Of a stretch of 64,000 nucleotides of DNA, positions 41,081 to 50,434 are shown piece after piece (within the stretch, counting starts at the first letter, position 1; each line of letters begins with the position of its first letter). The notes below the pieces were generated by a model, which did no database searches, had not been told where the DNA came from, and saw nothing but the letters and a program-made list of their open reading frames with translations. The position numbers and the translations under genes are program-made. The DNA lies in IMG/VR virus record IMGVR_UViG_3300046746_000620, positions 1-64,000 of that record; one strand, 5' to 3'. This stretch comes from an uncultured virus (IMG/VR IMGVR_UViG_3300046746_000620) (lineage: Duplodnaviria; Heunggongvirae; Uroviricota; Caudoviricetes).

Positions 41081-41959
41081 TTATCTTTGAAAAATGGCTC
41101 TTGGGTTTCTGGGCTTAGATAAATCAAAGTCTAGGAAACCTATTTTATAATCTTGTGATGAAGTAATCCTTTCTCTTGACCTGTCTGTAAGTTTAGATGC
41201 TCTAACACATTCAATAAAAACATTTGAGGAAGATCCACTAATAACATCTGAATACTTATAAGGGTGAGATTTAACATGGAAAAACTCTCCAAATGGAAAA
41301 TTTTCAAATTCGATTAAAGGAAACATAGTTTTTGCAGAATCTCTAAACATCGAAAGAACTCCATCTAATGTATAATTTGAATCTGCTACTACAACAGATC
41401 TCATTCTGCATACCGTATTATCTAACCCTCCAAAAGCAAAAGGTTCATTTTCAGAATTTTCCAAAGTGATAAACATTGCTGGTACGGTATATATCGTGTC
41501 AGAAAAACCTCCATTGGTTTGTAAAAAAGTTTGATTTGTTGGCGATATAATAAAATCACTATTAATTATTACATTTTCTTCTGTTTCATCCGTAATATAA
41601 AGGTTTACTGTTTTATAAGCAAATTCTCCAGTTATGTTTAAAGTTTTGCTGGCCCCATGGATGGCGGTATCGACAAGAACCCTTCCATTATTAAAATCAA
41701 TATAAAGCCCATCTGTTTTATCAAATTTTTTTGCTCCATTAATTGATACAAAATTATTAACAGACACTTTGTCTGACGCTGCTACAAATTGCCTGTAAGG
41801 GCTATAATATCCGTGGTAATTCGCAGGAACATCCAGTGTATCAACATACTCAAAAGTGTGGCTAACTGGAGCTTTAAAAGCCTCAGCAAAATAACTCAAC
41901 CTATCGTCACACCAAAGAAAAAAGCTGGATAAAATTTTGTGATCAAAACCTGTTTTCAT
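41081..41959 (-). CDS. Putative tail terminator/completion protein
   Basis: Position directly upstream of the tube gene; PAMFIT...PFAFGG beta pattern. Confidence 0.45.
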   Translation of the reverse strand: MKTGFDHKILSSFFLWCDDRLSYFAEAFKAPVSHTFEYVDTLDVPANYHGYYSPYRQFVAASDKVSVNNFVSINGAKKFDKTDGLYIDFNNGRVLVDTAIHGASKTLNITGEFAYKTVNLYITDETEENVIINSDFIISPTNQTFLQTNGGFSDTIYTVPAMFITLENSENEPFAFGGLDNTVCRMRSVVVADSNYTLDGVLSMFRDSAKTMFPLIEFENFPFGEFFHVKSHPYKYSDVISGSSSNVFIECVRASKLTDRSRERITSSQDYKIGFLDFDLSKPRNPRAIFQR

Positions 41960-42555
41960 TTTATATTCTTAAATATTTTTTCTTTCAAAGAAGAGATGAT
42001 TTGTGAGATATACTTTGTATTTCTAAACCCACCACTCCTCACTCTATGATTAGCTTGAATACCCTGACCTGACCTGCTGGAAAATGACATTCTATTTATA
42101 TATTTTGCCAAGCCAGATATACCTCTTTCAATACCTTCAGCCCAACTTCTCCCCTGAATCCAAGGCATAGGGGTAGCTTGAAAAATCTCTTCTTTATCTG
42201 GAACTTCAACCATGAATTTAATATTATTTGACTTATAGGAGCTAGGAACAGCTTTAACATTTAATTTTCTTTTAAAGAAATATTTTACTACATCTACAGG
42301 TCTCATGCCTTCTTCAAATCCTATAAACGAAAATAAATTGCCATACCCGCCCAATGTTCCACTTTGATTAAAACCATTTGGTCCAGATTCAATTTCTTTA
42401 GTTACTGGATGATCTTCAAGCTCTTGATAAGCCTCTCTTTGAGCCATTTCAGTAGCTTGTATAATTTTTTTTTCAATAACTCTCCCTATTACTGGACCAA
42501 CTTGCGTAGCTTCAATTTGTTTTAATTTAGATTGATTGATTGAGATTTTTTTCAC
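41956..42555 (-). CDS. Putative neck/tail completion protein
   Basis: Synteny; GTG start; basic C-terminus. Confidence 0.45.
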   Translation of the reverse strand: MKKISINQSKLKQIEATQVGPVIGRVIEKKIIQATEMAQREAYQELEDHPVTKEIESGPNGFNQSGTLGGYGNLFSFIGFEEGMRPVDVVKYFFKRKLNVKAVPSSYKSNNIKFMVEVPDKEEIFQATPMPWIQGRSWAEGIERGISGLAKYINRMSFSSRSGQGIQANHRVRSGGFRNTKYISQIISSLKEKIFKNIK

Positions 42556-43002
42556 TTAACTCCTCCTTTTTAATAGTATATTATAATAATTGACGGAAAA
42601 AATTCCTGATTTAGCTGCATCGGAAGATACATTAAATAATTCTCCATCAACTTCTATATCTGTTGCTTGTTTGATTAAATTATAACCTTGCAAATTAACT
42701 TTTATTCTTATATGGTCTGAAGGAATATCAATTCCAAGAATTTCATTCTCACTATTTTGCCTTAAAAATTCAAAATTCCCAGCATAAGCTATTCTAGCTT
42801 TTATTTTTATTTCTTCAACTGTTTTACTATTTCCTTTTTCATTTTTAATTCTTGAATATAAGGCATTATAAGTATTATTTGTTGCAATAAAGATCTTTTT
42901 TTCTTTTTTAAATATTGTAATTTCTCTAGCAAAAGTATCATGTATATCATCAAATACTTTATCGTATTTATTCTTATCAGAGTTGGGTATTAAATTTGTC
43001 AT
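42556..43002 (-). CDS. Putative head closure/stopper protein
   Basis: TAATG coupling gives a start at 43002; EVDGELFNV...YYNILLKR is a stopper-like ending. Confidence 0.5.
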   Translation of the reverse strand: MTNLIPNSDKNKYDKVFDDIHDTFAREITIFKKEKKIFIATNNTYNALYSRIKNEKGNSKTVEEIKIKARIAYAGNFEFLRQNSENEILGIDIPSDHIRIKVNLQGYNLIKQATDIEVDGELFNVSSDAAKSGIFSVNYYNILLKRRS

Positions 43003-45809
43003 TATGTGTAGCAAGGTATAGTCATTTCACAAACCCCAGAAACAATTTTGCAACTAAAGCAAGTTGTAGAGCATGTGCATGCGCAGCACTCACTGCAAGT
43101 ATCAAATTTATCCGAAGATGTAAGTTCGCTATGTCTTGTAACGAACCCGCTGTTATATTCATTTTGATTTTTGAAATTAAAAGCTGAACCTCCGCAGTCT
43201 GCTGCAGAATTAGCCCCGCACAGTTCTGCATTTACGGTAATATCGTTTAAACTATAGCATCTTCCATTAATATAAACTCCATTGGAAGGAAGTTCTCCTT
43301 CCCCTAAAGCTATATAGAATTTCTCCAATTCACTGACTGTTGAAGGACATCTTGACGCATCATTACAGGGGTTATCTTTATATTCGTCAATATCACATAA
43401 TGTGTATTCAGCGCACGTACCATAACCGCATGTAGTTTCTGTTGGCGATGATGTATATGTTGGAGGAATATATTCTTGAACTAAATCGAACAAGTTGGGG
43501 TCTGTATTTGCTAATACAACATCGTAACATTGCCCGCCTACATCAATAAAAATTATATGATTATTTTTAATTTTCTTTTTTGTCGTTACGGCGGCATTTA
43601 AGGTAAAAAATTGATTGTTTATATAATATGTTGTTGGGGTTATAGATTCATCTACGGTATCATAACAAATGTTCCAATTTTTCATTGAAACTGTGTTAAA
43701 AAAAGGATTTGTTTGAGTCAATTCTATTTCATTGTTTAACCAAGCCCCATTAACAGTTTCAGTATTAATTACATCTGACACATCTTTATTACTGCAACAC
43801 ACGGAATTCCCTGAAGCTACAGACTCCATTGAAAAGCTATGCGCCCCACTTGATTCAAAAAGTTTATCCATATATATGGTTTCACCTTCTAGTGATCCAT
43901 TTCCCTCTATAAGCATAAAATCTTTATTATTTACTTTTAATTGTACAGAATAACTTGAAGAGTTTCCTGTAGCTCTCGGCATACACATGCTAGCTCCTAC
44001 AGCATCACTATGAATATTTTTTATAGTTGTTTCATTTGAGCTTTCAGAAGATGGTATTGTTATATTAGATTGCGAGCTAATACTTTGGGTTCTAAACCCA
44101 TATTCACAACATGGACCTGCAGGAGAAAATGTAAAACTAGTTGTGATTGTTTCTGTCTGAGTATTAGTCTCTGTCTCTGTTTGAGTCTGAGTATTAGTCT
44201 CTGTCTCTGTTTGAGTCTGAGTATTAGTCTCTGTCTCTGTTTGAGTCTGAGTATTGGTTATAGTCTCTGTTTGAGTCTGAGTATTGGTTATAGTCTCTGT
44301 TTGAGTCTCAGTATTAGTAGATGTCTCTGTTTGAGTCTCAGTGTTGGTAGATGTCTCTGTTTGAGTCTCAGTGTTGGTAGATGTATCTGTTTGAGTCTCA
44401 GTGTTGGTAGATGTATCTGTTTGAGTCTCAGTATTAGTAGATGTCTCTGTTTGAGTCTCAGTGTTGGTAGATGTATCTGTTTGAGTCTGAGTATTGGTTA
44501 TAGTCTCTGTTTGAGTCTCAGTGTTGGTAGATGTATCTGTTTGAGTCTGAGTATTGGTTATAGTCTCTGTTTGAGTCTCAGTATTGGTTATAGTCTCTGT
44601 TTGAGTCTCAGTGTTGGTAGATGTATCTGTTTGAGTCTCAGTGTTGGTAGATGTCTCTGTTTGAGTCTCAGTGTTGGTAGATGTATCTGTTTGAGTCTGA
44701 GTATTGGTTATAGTCTCTGTTTGAGTCTCAGTGTTGGTAGATGTATCTGTTTGAGTCTCAGTATTGGTTATAGTCTCTGTTTGAGTCTCAGTATTAGTAG
44801 ATGTACCTGTTTGAGTCTCAGTATTGGTTATAGTCTCTGTTTGAGTCTCAGTGTTGGTAGATGTATCTGTTTGAGTCTCAGTGTTGGTAGATGTATCTGT
44901 TTGAGTCTCAGTGTTGGTAGATGTATCTGTTTGAGTCTCAGTATTAGTAGATGTATCTGTTTGAGTCTCAGTATTGGTTATAGTCTCTGTTTGAGTCTCA
45001 GTATTAGTAGATGTATCTGTTTGAGTCTCAGTATTAGTAGATGTACCTGTTTGAGTCTCAGTATTGGTTATAGTCTCTGTTTGAGTCTCAGTATTAGTAG
45101 ATGTATCTGTTTCGGTTTCAGTGTTGGTTTTAACTACAGTTTTTTTTTCCGTCTCAGTTATCGTTGGAGTGTGACCCTCGTGACACTCATGAGTTTTTGT
45201 TGGAGTATAAAATACTGTTTCTGTTTGAGTTTTTGTATAACATTTATATTCTTCAGTTTCGCATCCATGTTTGTTATTTAAACAAGAAGCTTTTCCTGAA
45301 AAACCTTCTTCAAGAACTTGTCTAGGTAAAGATTTATATATATTATAATATTGAACAAACTCTTTTATTTTTACGTCAGCTTCTGCAGATATGCTTTTAT
45401 AAGCTTGAGCTGCTTGAATTTTTTGTTGAGGCGTTGAAATTAATGACTGTCTTTTTATCTGAGAATCTCCTTCTCTCAGTTCAATCCAATCAGACATTGA
45501 AAAAGATGATTCGCCAGTACTGACATCGCTTTCTGTAACATTCTTAAGTACAGCTTGACTTTTTCGCTTATAATATTCTTTTAAATATAACTGAATAAAT
45601 ATAGCTATTTCTTCTGGACCTAACCTAGGACAAACATCAAGGTTTTCAGTAACCCGATATTCTGAATGTATTAATATATTAAGCTGGCCTATATTCGTCT
45701 CAAGCCAAGCAGAAATAGAGTTGATTAAGTTTTTTCCACCATCTTTAGATGAATCGTCATAAAACTCTGTAGAATATATTTTTCGAGCGATATCATGAAT
45801 TTGACTCAT
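43002..45809 (-). CDS. Putative head-tail adaptor fused to a 10-aa Thr repeat stalk and Cys-rich C-terminal modules
   Basis: Helical N-terminal ~165 aa at the adaptor position after the capsid genes, then the repeat tract, then Cys-rich domains. Confidence 0.55.
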   Translation of the reverse strand: MSQIHDIARKIYSTEFYDDSSKDGGKNLINSISAWLETNIGQLNILIHSEYRVTENLDVCPRLGPEEIAIFIQLYLKEYYKRKSQAVLKNVTESDVSTGESSFSMSDWIELREGDSQIKRQSLISTPQQKIQAAQAYKSISAEADVKIKEFVQYYNIYKSLPRQVLEEGFSGKASCLNNKHGCETEEYKCYTKTQTETVFYTPTKTHECHEGHTPTITETEKKTVVKTNTETETDTSTNTETQTETITNTETQTGTSTNTETQTDTSTNTETQTETITNTETQTDTSTNTETQTDTSTNTETQTDTSTNTETQTDTSTNTETQTETITNTETQTGTSTNTETQTETITNTETQTDTSTNTETQTETITNTQTQTDTSTNTETQTETSTNTETQTDTSTNTETQTETITNTETQTETITNTQTQTDTSTNTETQTETITNTQTQTDTSTNTETQTETSTNTETQTDTSTNTETQTDTSTNTETQTETSTNTETQTETSTNTETQTETITNTQTQTETITNTQTQTETETNTQTQTETETNTQTQTETETNTQTETITTSFTFSPAGPCCEYGFRTQSISSQSNITIPSSESSNETTIKNIHSDAVGASMCMPRATGNSSSYSVQLKVNNKDFMLIEGNGSLEGETIYMDKLFESSGAHSFSMESVASGNSVCCSNKDVSDVINTETVNGAWLNNEIELTQTNPFFNTVSMKNWNICYDTVDESITPTTYYINNQFFTLNAAVTTKKKIKNNHIIFIDVGGQCYDVVLANTDPNLFDLVQEYIPPTYTSSPTETTCGYGTCAEYTLCDIDEYKDNPCNDASRCPSTVSELEKFYIALGEGELPSNGVYINGRCYSLNDITVNAELCGANSAADCGGSAFNFKNQNEYNSGFVTRHSELTSSDKFDTCSECCACTCSTTCFSCKIVSGVCEMTIPCYT
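44161..45120. repeat. 32 tandem 30-bp units encoding TETQT[DEG]T[SIE]TN variants
   Basis: Unit e.g. gtgttggtagatgtatctgtttgagtctca; exact 30-bp register over 960 bp. Confidence 0.97.
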
Positions 45810-45822
45810 CTCATAATTAAGT

Positions 45823-46203
45823 TTAACTTAAGTTAAAAAGTTTTTTTTGCTCTTTAGATAATTTTGATTTATCTAGAATTGGCGCAGAACTAGAAAAAAC
45901 CCTACCTTTACCAGAGAATTTTTCTTTCTTAAACTCTTTTTTTAATTTATTTTTTAACGTTGTTCTGTTCCCAGAAGGGAAAACGCCAGCTCCTACAGCT
46001 AAGGATTGAAGCTCTGGTAAAGACATTGATGCTATTTTTTCATCAAACTCTTCTTCACTTGAGCTTTTAAATTTTTCATATGTGCCTGGTGTGCGCATAA
46101 GATCTTCTAAACTCCTCACCCCATTAATTGAGTTACTGTTTTCATGGCTTTTGCCATCAATGTATTTTAATTCTTTTTTTGTATTGGCTTTTCTTTTTTT
46201 CAT
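45823..46203 (-). CDS. Hypothetical basic protein
   Basis: ORF after the MCP terminator with its own late-motif promoter. Confidence 0.7.
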   Translation of the reverse strand: MKKRKANTKKELKYIDGKSHENSNSINGVRSLEDLMRTPGTYEKFKSSSEEEFDEKIASMSLPELQSLAVGAGVFPSGNRTTLKNKLKKEFKKEKFSGKGRVFSSSAPILDKSKLSKEQKKLFNLS

Positions 46204-46219
46204 GAAATATTGTATTTGG

Positions 46220-46245
46220 TTACACTTTTATAATAAATCTGTGAA
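46220..46245 (-). promoter_or_regulatory. Candidate late promoter TTCAC-N15-GTGTAA
   Basis: Exact motif, 16 nt upstream of ATG 46203. Confidence 0.6.
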
Positions 46246-46246
46246 T

Positions 46247-46277
46247 AAAAAAATCCACCCCGAAGGGTGGATTTTTT
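46247..46277 (-). terminator. Rho-independent terminator after the major capsid gene
   Basis: AAAAAATCCACCC-TTCG-GGGTGGATTTTTTT; cUUCGg tetraloop. Confidence 0.9.
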
Positions 46278-46302
46278 AAATAGCCAGTACTTTTTGTAAG
46301 TA

Positions 46303-47523
46303 TTAAACTACAATACCAGTAAGAGCTCTAGAGTCAAGAACCATTCTTCCTTCCTCAATAGATCCGTAATATCCGATCTTTTGTTGGCGAACGGTGTATT
46401 GATCATCAGCAGCAAGTCTGAGTTCTTGACCTGTTTCAGAGTCAAGAGCTACAGCTCTCATTAATGATTCTCTAGATCTATCAATACCAATAATAATTTG
46501 ATCAGTAGCACTCGCAAATGCTGAGCCTCCATGACCAAAGTTTTTACTAGCTGCAGTAGCTACTGTAGCAAAAACATCATTGAATTTCTGACCATCACCA
46601 AGTTCATTCAACTCAGTAAAGGAAACTCCATAAAGCTCAGATGCCCCAGCATTAGAATATAACTGATTACGCATCTGCTCAGTTGCAGGAATAACACCTG
46701 CGCCAGTACTTGAAACTGTTCCAGCTGTTACTGGATCTGTAGCTGTTCCACCTCTAGTATCAGCAGTCTGAGGGCTAACTGTTAATGTAGTATCAAGACC
46801 ACGAGTATTGATGGGGTTGTAAGCCATAGCACGAATTTCACCCATAATTTCAGGAGAAATAAGTAAGTCTGTAACTCCACGATTTTGAGTTACTGGAGTG
46901 CCCTTATTCCAAGCTGTATTAATGCGCTTTGCATGAGTAATCAAACGATTTACATCAGCGAGCAAGAATTGGTCAGCATTTACAGATTGAATAACATGAT
47001 CTTTTTTATTTGAAGATCCACCTGAAGAAAACTCTGATTGAGCATTAGCTAAAACTCCTAAGATTAAGTTGGCAGATGTTACTTCCTGTTTAAGCATCAA
47101 TTCTTGAGCTAAACGAGAAAATGTCTTGCTAACCACATCTAGACGAGAGCGAGCAGCATATCTGCGATCAAAATCCAAAGCGGTTTCCAACCTATAGGTT
47201 GTGAATTTCAATTCACTATGTGTTGGAGCAATGTTGTTTGAAGGCAATCCACCAGGAGTATTTTGAGTATAAATCTCAATATAATCTTCATCTGTAATGT
47301 CATGGTAAAGATCCAATGGAATAGAAGGGTTATCATCCTCATTAAAAGAGAAACTATTAAACATGTTACTCAAAGAAGGTGCGTTATTTATAACTTCAGC
47401 CAATACTGGGGAAATAAATTCAGCAGCAGCAGCTTGAGCTTCTTGAGCGACATTTCTGTTCTTTGAAGCCATAGCTTTAATAAGCTCGACTTGTTCTTGT
47501 GTTCTTGTTAAAGTAATATTCAT
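46303..47523 (-). CDS. Major capsid protein
   Basis: 406 aa, after the protease/scaffold and decoration genes, followed by a strong terminator; C-terminal KIGYYGSIEEGRMVLD is HK97-like. Confidence 0.75.
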   Translation of the reverse strand: MNITLTRTQEQVELIKAMASKNRNVAQEAQAAAAEFISPVLAEVINNAPSLSNMFNSFSFNEDDNPSIPLDLYHDITDEDYIEIYTQNTPGGLPSNNIAPTHSELKFTTYRLETALDFDRRYAARSRLDVVSKTFSRLAQELMLKQEVTSANLILGVLANAQSEFSSGGSSNKKDHVIQSVNADQFLLADVNRLITHAKRINTAWNKGTPVTQNRGVTDLLISPEIMGEIRAMAYNPINTRGLDTTLTVSPQTADTRGGTATDPVTAGTVSSTGAGVIPATEQMRNQLYSNAGASELYGVSFTELNELGDGQKFNDVFATVATAASKNFGHGGSAFASATDQIIIGIDRSRESLMRAVALDSETGQELRLAADDQYTVRQQKIGYYGSIEEGRMVLDSRALTGIVV

Positions 47524-47544
47524 TATTGTTATCTTTCTTTTTGA

Positions 47545-48219
47545 TTATCCAATTTTAACTAAAGCAACATTCTTGCCTGCATTCTTTCCTGTCGCAAGCA
47601 CTCTTCCAACTACAGGTTTACCAGAACCAGCAATTCCAAGTTTTCCATCAGCAGCAGCCTGCAAATTAGCTCCTGGTATAATAGCTGAAGCGCTACCTAA
47701 CTCTGTTGCATCAACAATTCCAGCTCCACTAGCAGCTAGTCCAACTGTTATTGTGAAAAATCCACGAGTCGCTACAGGCACAGTTTCTCCAGGGAGAACG
47801 GCTTGAAACTCATCTTTCTTTACTGGGTAATAAAGAAGCTTTTCATCATTTTCATCCCATGCCATTGTAGCACGCAATGTAATTCCTAAAATTTGGGCCT
47901 CAGCCGCAGCTACAGTAACATCATGAGCTGCAGTTGGATAAAAACTTCCTTGCTTTAATGCGTATTCTCCTTGATTGCTTCCGCCGATTTTACCAAGGTA
48001 ATCATCATATGTGCGGGTAGGCTCGTCGCCTCCAAGGGTTAGTTTAGTACTGCTGTTATTTACTACAGCTGTTCCACTCCAGTTACCTCCTTTTGAGAAA
48101 GTTATGTCATCAGGACTTAAGGCTGTATATTTTGAAGCCTTAACTGAGGACACATCTAAATTAAAAAGACCGATAACGTCATTTTCATCATATTGTCTAA
48201 ATGGTAATAATTTATGCAT
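47545..48219 (-). CDS. Putative capsid decoration/cement protein
   Basis: VLPGETVPVATRG, AAADGKL and VVGRVLA; lies between scaffold and MCP. Confidence 0.6.
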   Translation of the reverse strand: MHKLLPFRQYDENDVIGLFNLDVSSVKASKYTALSPDDITFSKGGNWSGTAVVNNSSTKLTLGGDEPTRTYDDYLGKIGGSNQGEYALKQGSFYPTAAHDVTVAAAEAQILGITLRATMAWDENDEKLLYYPVKKDEFQAVLPGETVPVATRGFFTITVGLAASGAGIVDATELGSASAIIPGANLQAAADGKLGIAGSGKPVVGRVLATGKNAGKNVALVKIG

Positions 48220-48238
48220 GATTGTGTTTTGTTAAATA

Positions 48239-49810
48239 TTAAAATGTTATTGTTAAGTTTTCTTTAGCGAATGCTGTTGAAAATTTTTCTCTTAAAGATT
48301 GTGGCTCTTCTGAAGATTCAGTGTTGTTATTTGGAATAACTTCTTCTTCTTTAGCGCTAGCCAAAGCTTCTTCTACATTAACTTCATTCTCAGATTCTTC
48401 TGAAGAAGCTTCGCTCTCTCCTGAGATACGTTTTTTAACTTCTTCTTCCAATCTTGTTTGAAATTCTTTTTCTTTTGCTTCAATGTACTCTTTATTTTTA
48501 TGAGCCCACATTACAGAAATTTTTTCTTTATACTCATCAAACGAAGAATCTTCGATATCGAGAGATCCAACTTCTTTAGCTAAAAGCTCTCTATCCGAAT
48601 CAGAAAGGTCATAATTCGCTTCAATTTCTTCCATTCTGGAATTGAATGCTGAATCCTTTTTCGTTTCTAAAATTTCATTCTTTAGAGACTCAACACTAGC
48701 TTCAGAGTTTTCAAGCTGAGTTTTAAGCTCTTCGATATCTTTTTTCATCCGAGCTTCCGCTTCATCAAGGCTTTTCTTTTGATTAGCAAGATCGGATAAT
48801 TCTTGTTCATATTGCTCACTTTTGGATTTAATTGCATCTCCAATTACTCTTCCAATGTTAGCAACAGCCTCTTGAGAAAAGTTATGCTCAGGCATCTTTT
48901 CTTCAAGCAAAGCTTTAAAATCTTCCATTAATTCTTTTTTTTCCATAGTTGTAGAAATTATATTTATAGACTCTGTTACATTATTTTTTTCGCTTTGTGA
49001 AATTTTTTTTAATTTTTTTTTATCAGAAGCTTTTTCCTGGTGTAGGTCTTTATCTTGATTTTCGTTCTCTTCCGCCAAGATTATACCCTTCACATCTGCA
49101 GCTGGATTAGTTGTGAATCCGATTCCTAAAGGATAAACTTCTCCAACAACTAACCTGTAAACAGGAGTTCCGTCTTCCATCTTTCCTTCTCCTTCAAAAG
49201 AAGTTAGGAATTCTGATAACTCAGATATTACTTTTGGATCTTCAACAATTTCAGCTTCTTTGAGGTTTTCACTACCAACAGCAATTACATAATCATTAAA
49301 ACCAAGTTCCCAACTCGCAGAAACACTCATGTATAACTCATCTTGAGGATCTATTGATTTTTTAACTATGTCGCCAAAATCTTGATGAGTATGAGTATAC
49401 AATATAGAGCCGAAAGATAAATTAAAAACATCAAGCCCATAACTATCAATATCAGTTATTATTTCATTAGTTTGCAAATCAGAAAAAGCTGAAGAAATGA
49501 TATGCCCTACGATTTGTTTTTTGTTGTGCTCTATATTTGTTGGTTTATGGATAAAATAATCTTTAATTTTTTTAGCTGTAGTGGTATCGATACCATCTCC
49601 ATTTCTATTAAATTTATTAATCAACGCGCCATTAAAAGCTAAGCCAACAATATCAATATTTTTATCATAATCTATATCACCACTTTTGATTAATTCTTTA
49701 AGTGGAGACAAATCACTTATTGAAGCTATAGATTCTTGTAAAAATTTATTTTTTTTAATTTGTGAAGCTTTAACTTCTGAAGAAAACTTTGTTTTATATT
49801 TAAAATTCAT
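48239..49810 (-). CDS. Prohead protease fused to a scaffold coiled coil
   Basis: NRNGD, KPTNIEH...IVGHI, SASWE and FTTNPAAD, followed by an acidic coiled coil; start reassigned to 49810. Confidence 0.7.
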   Translation of the reverse strand: MNFKYKTKFSSEVKASQIKKNKFLQESIASISDLSPLKELIKSGDIDYDKNIDIVGLAFNGALINKFNRNGDGIDTTTAKKIKDYFIHKPTNIEHNKKQIVGHIISSAFSDLQTNEIITDIDSYGLDVFNLSFGSILYTHTHQDFGDIVKKSIDPQDELYMSVSASWELGFNDYVIAVGSENLKEAEIVEDPKVISELSEFLTSFEGEGKMEDGTPVYRLVVGEVYPLGIGFTTNPAADVKGIILAEENENQDKDLHQEKASDKKKLKKISQSEKNNVTESINIISTTMEKKELMEDFKALLEEKMPEHNFSQEAVANIGRVIGDAIKSKSEQYEQELSDLANQKKSLDEAEARMKKDIEELKTQLENSEASVESLKNEILETKKDSAFNSRMEEIEANYDLSDSDRELLAKEVGSLDIEDSSFDEYKEKISVMWAHKNKEYIEAKEKEFQTRLEEEVKKRISGESEASSEESENEVNVEEALASAKEEEVIPNNNTESSEEPQSLREKFSTAFAKENLTITF

Positions 49811-49826
49811 AACAATGTTGTAATTG

Positions 49827-49852
49827 TTACACAATTTTATTTTTAAAATGAA
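49827..49852 (-). promoter_or_regulatory. Candidate late promoter TTCAT-N15-GTGTAA
   Basis: Motif upstream of the protease/capsid operon. Confidence 0.55.
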
Positions 49853-49858
49853 AAACTT

Positions 49859-50434
49859 TTATCTTGTAATGTATCGGTATTTATCGTAATCATTATTTAA
49901 TTCTAATAAATCGATATCATCACTAATCTTTAACATACAGAGCGAGTCTACACTCTTAACTATACTAAAATATTTTTTTTCCAAAGTTAATTCAGATAAA
50001 TACCTTTTAGCATCATGTATTAATACGATTGGGTCTACCCCCATATCTTTAGAGTATTTTATTGTGGCTAGAGCGCAAGCTATTCTAAACCTTCCATCTA
50101 TTAATACAACCTCTGGTATATCTTCTGCATTGTTTATCGCTTGACTGTATGTAGGCCACAAATTTTTTCTTGCCTCATCGGTGGGGTAGCCATACGAATG
50201 GGTGGGCCCTAAATCAATATGCTCAAACTTGAATCTTTTTTCATCTTGAATTATTTTTTCAACTTTATCCAACCATTTTCTATCAGTATCTATTGTGCGA
50301 ACCTTTGCCGAAGAATTGTCGTATACAAAAACCGTACTACCTCCACATCCGTATTCAAAGTAAGTATTAATGCTTTTTGTCGTTTCTAAAAGAAATTCAA
50401 TTTCTTTTTCGTTCATTCCAACTTTCAATCGCAT
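49859..50434 (-). CDS. Class I SAM-dependent methyltransferase-like protein
   Basis: FEYGCGGST motif I, TIDTD, VLIDGRFR, LIHD. Confidence 0.7.
   Translation of the reverse strand: MRLKVGMNEKEIEFLLETTKSINTYFEYGCGGSTVFVYDNSSAKVRTIDTDRKWLDKVEKIIQDEKRFKFEHIDLGPTHSYGYPTDEARKNLWPTYSQAINNAEDIPEVVLIDGRFRIACALATIKYSKDMGVDPIVLIHDAKRYLSELTLEKKYFSIVKSVDSLCMLKISDDIDLLELNNDYDKYRYITR

Noticed and set aside
44161..45120. CRISPR-like appearance of the 30-bp array
   Set aside because: Units are contiguous with no unique spacers, are in frame inside a CDS, and no cas genes are seen.
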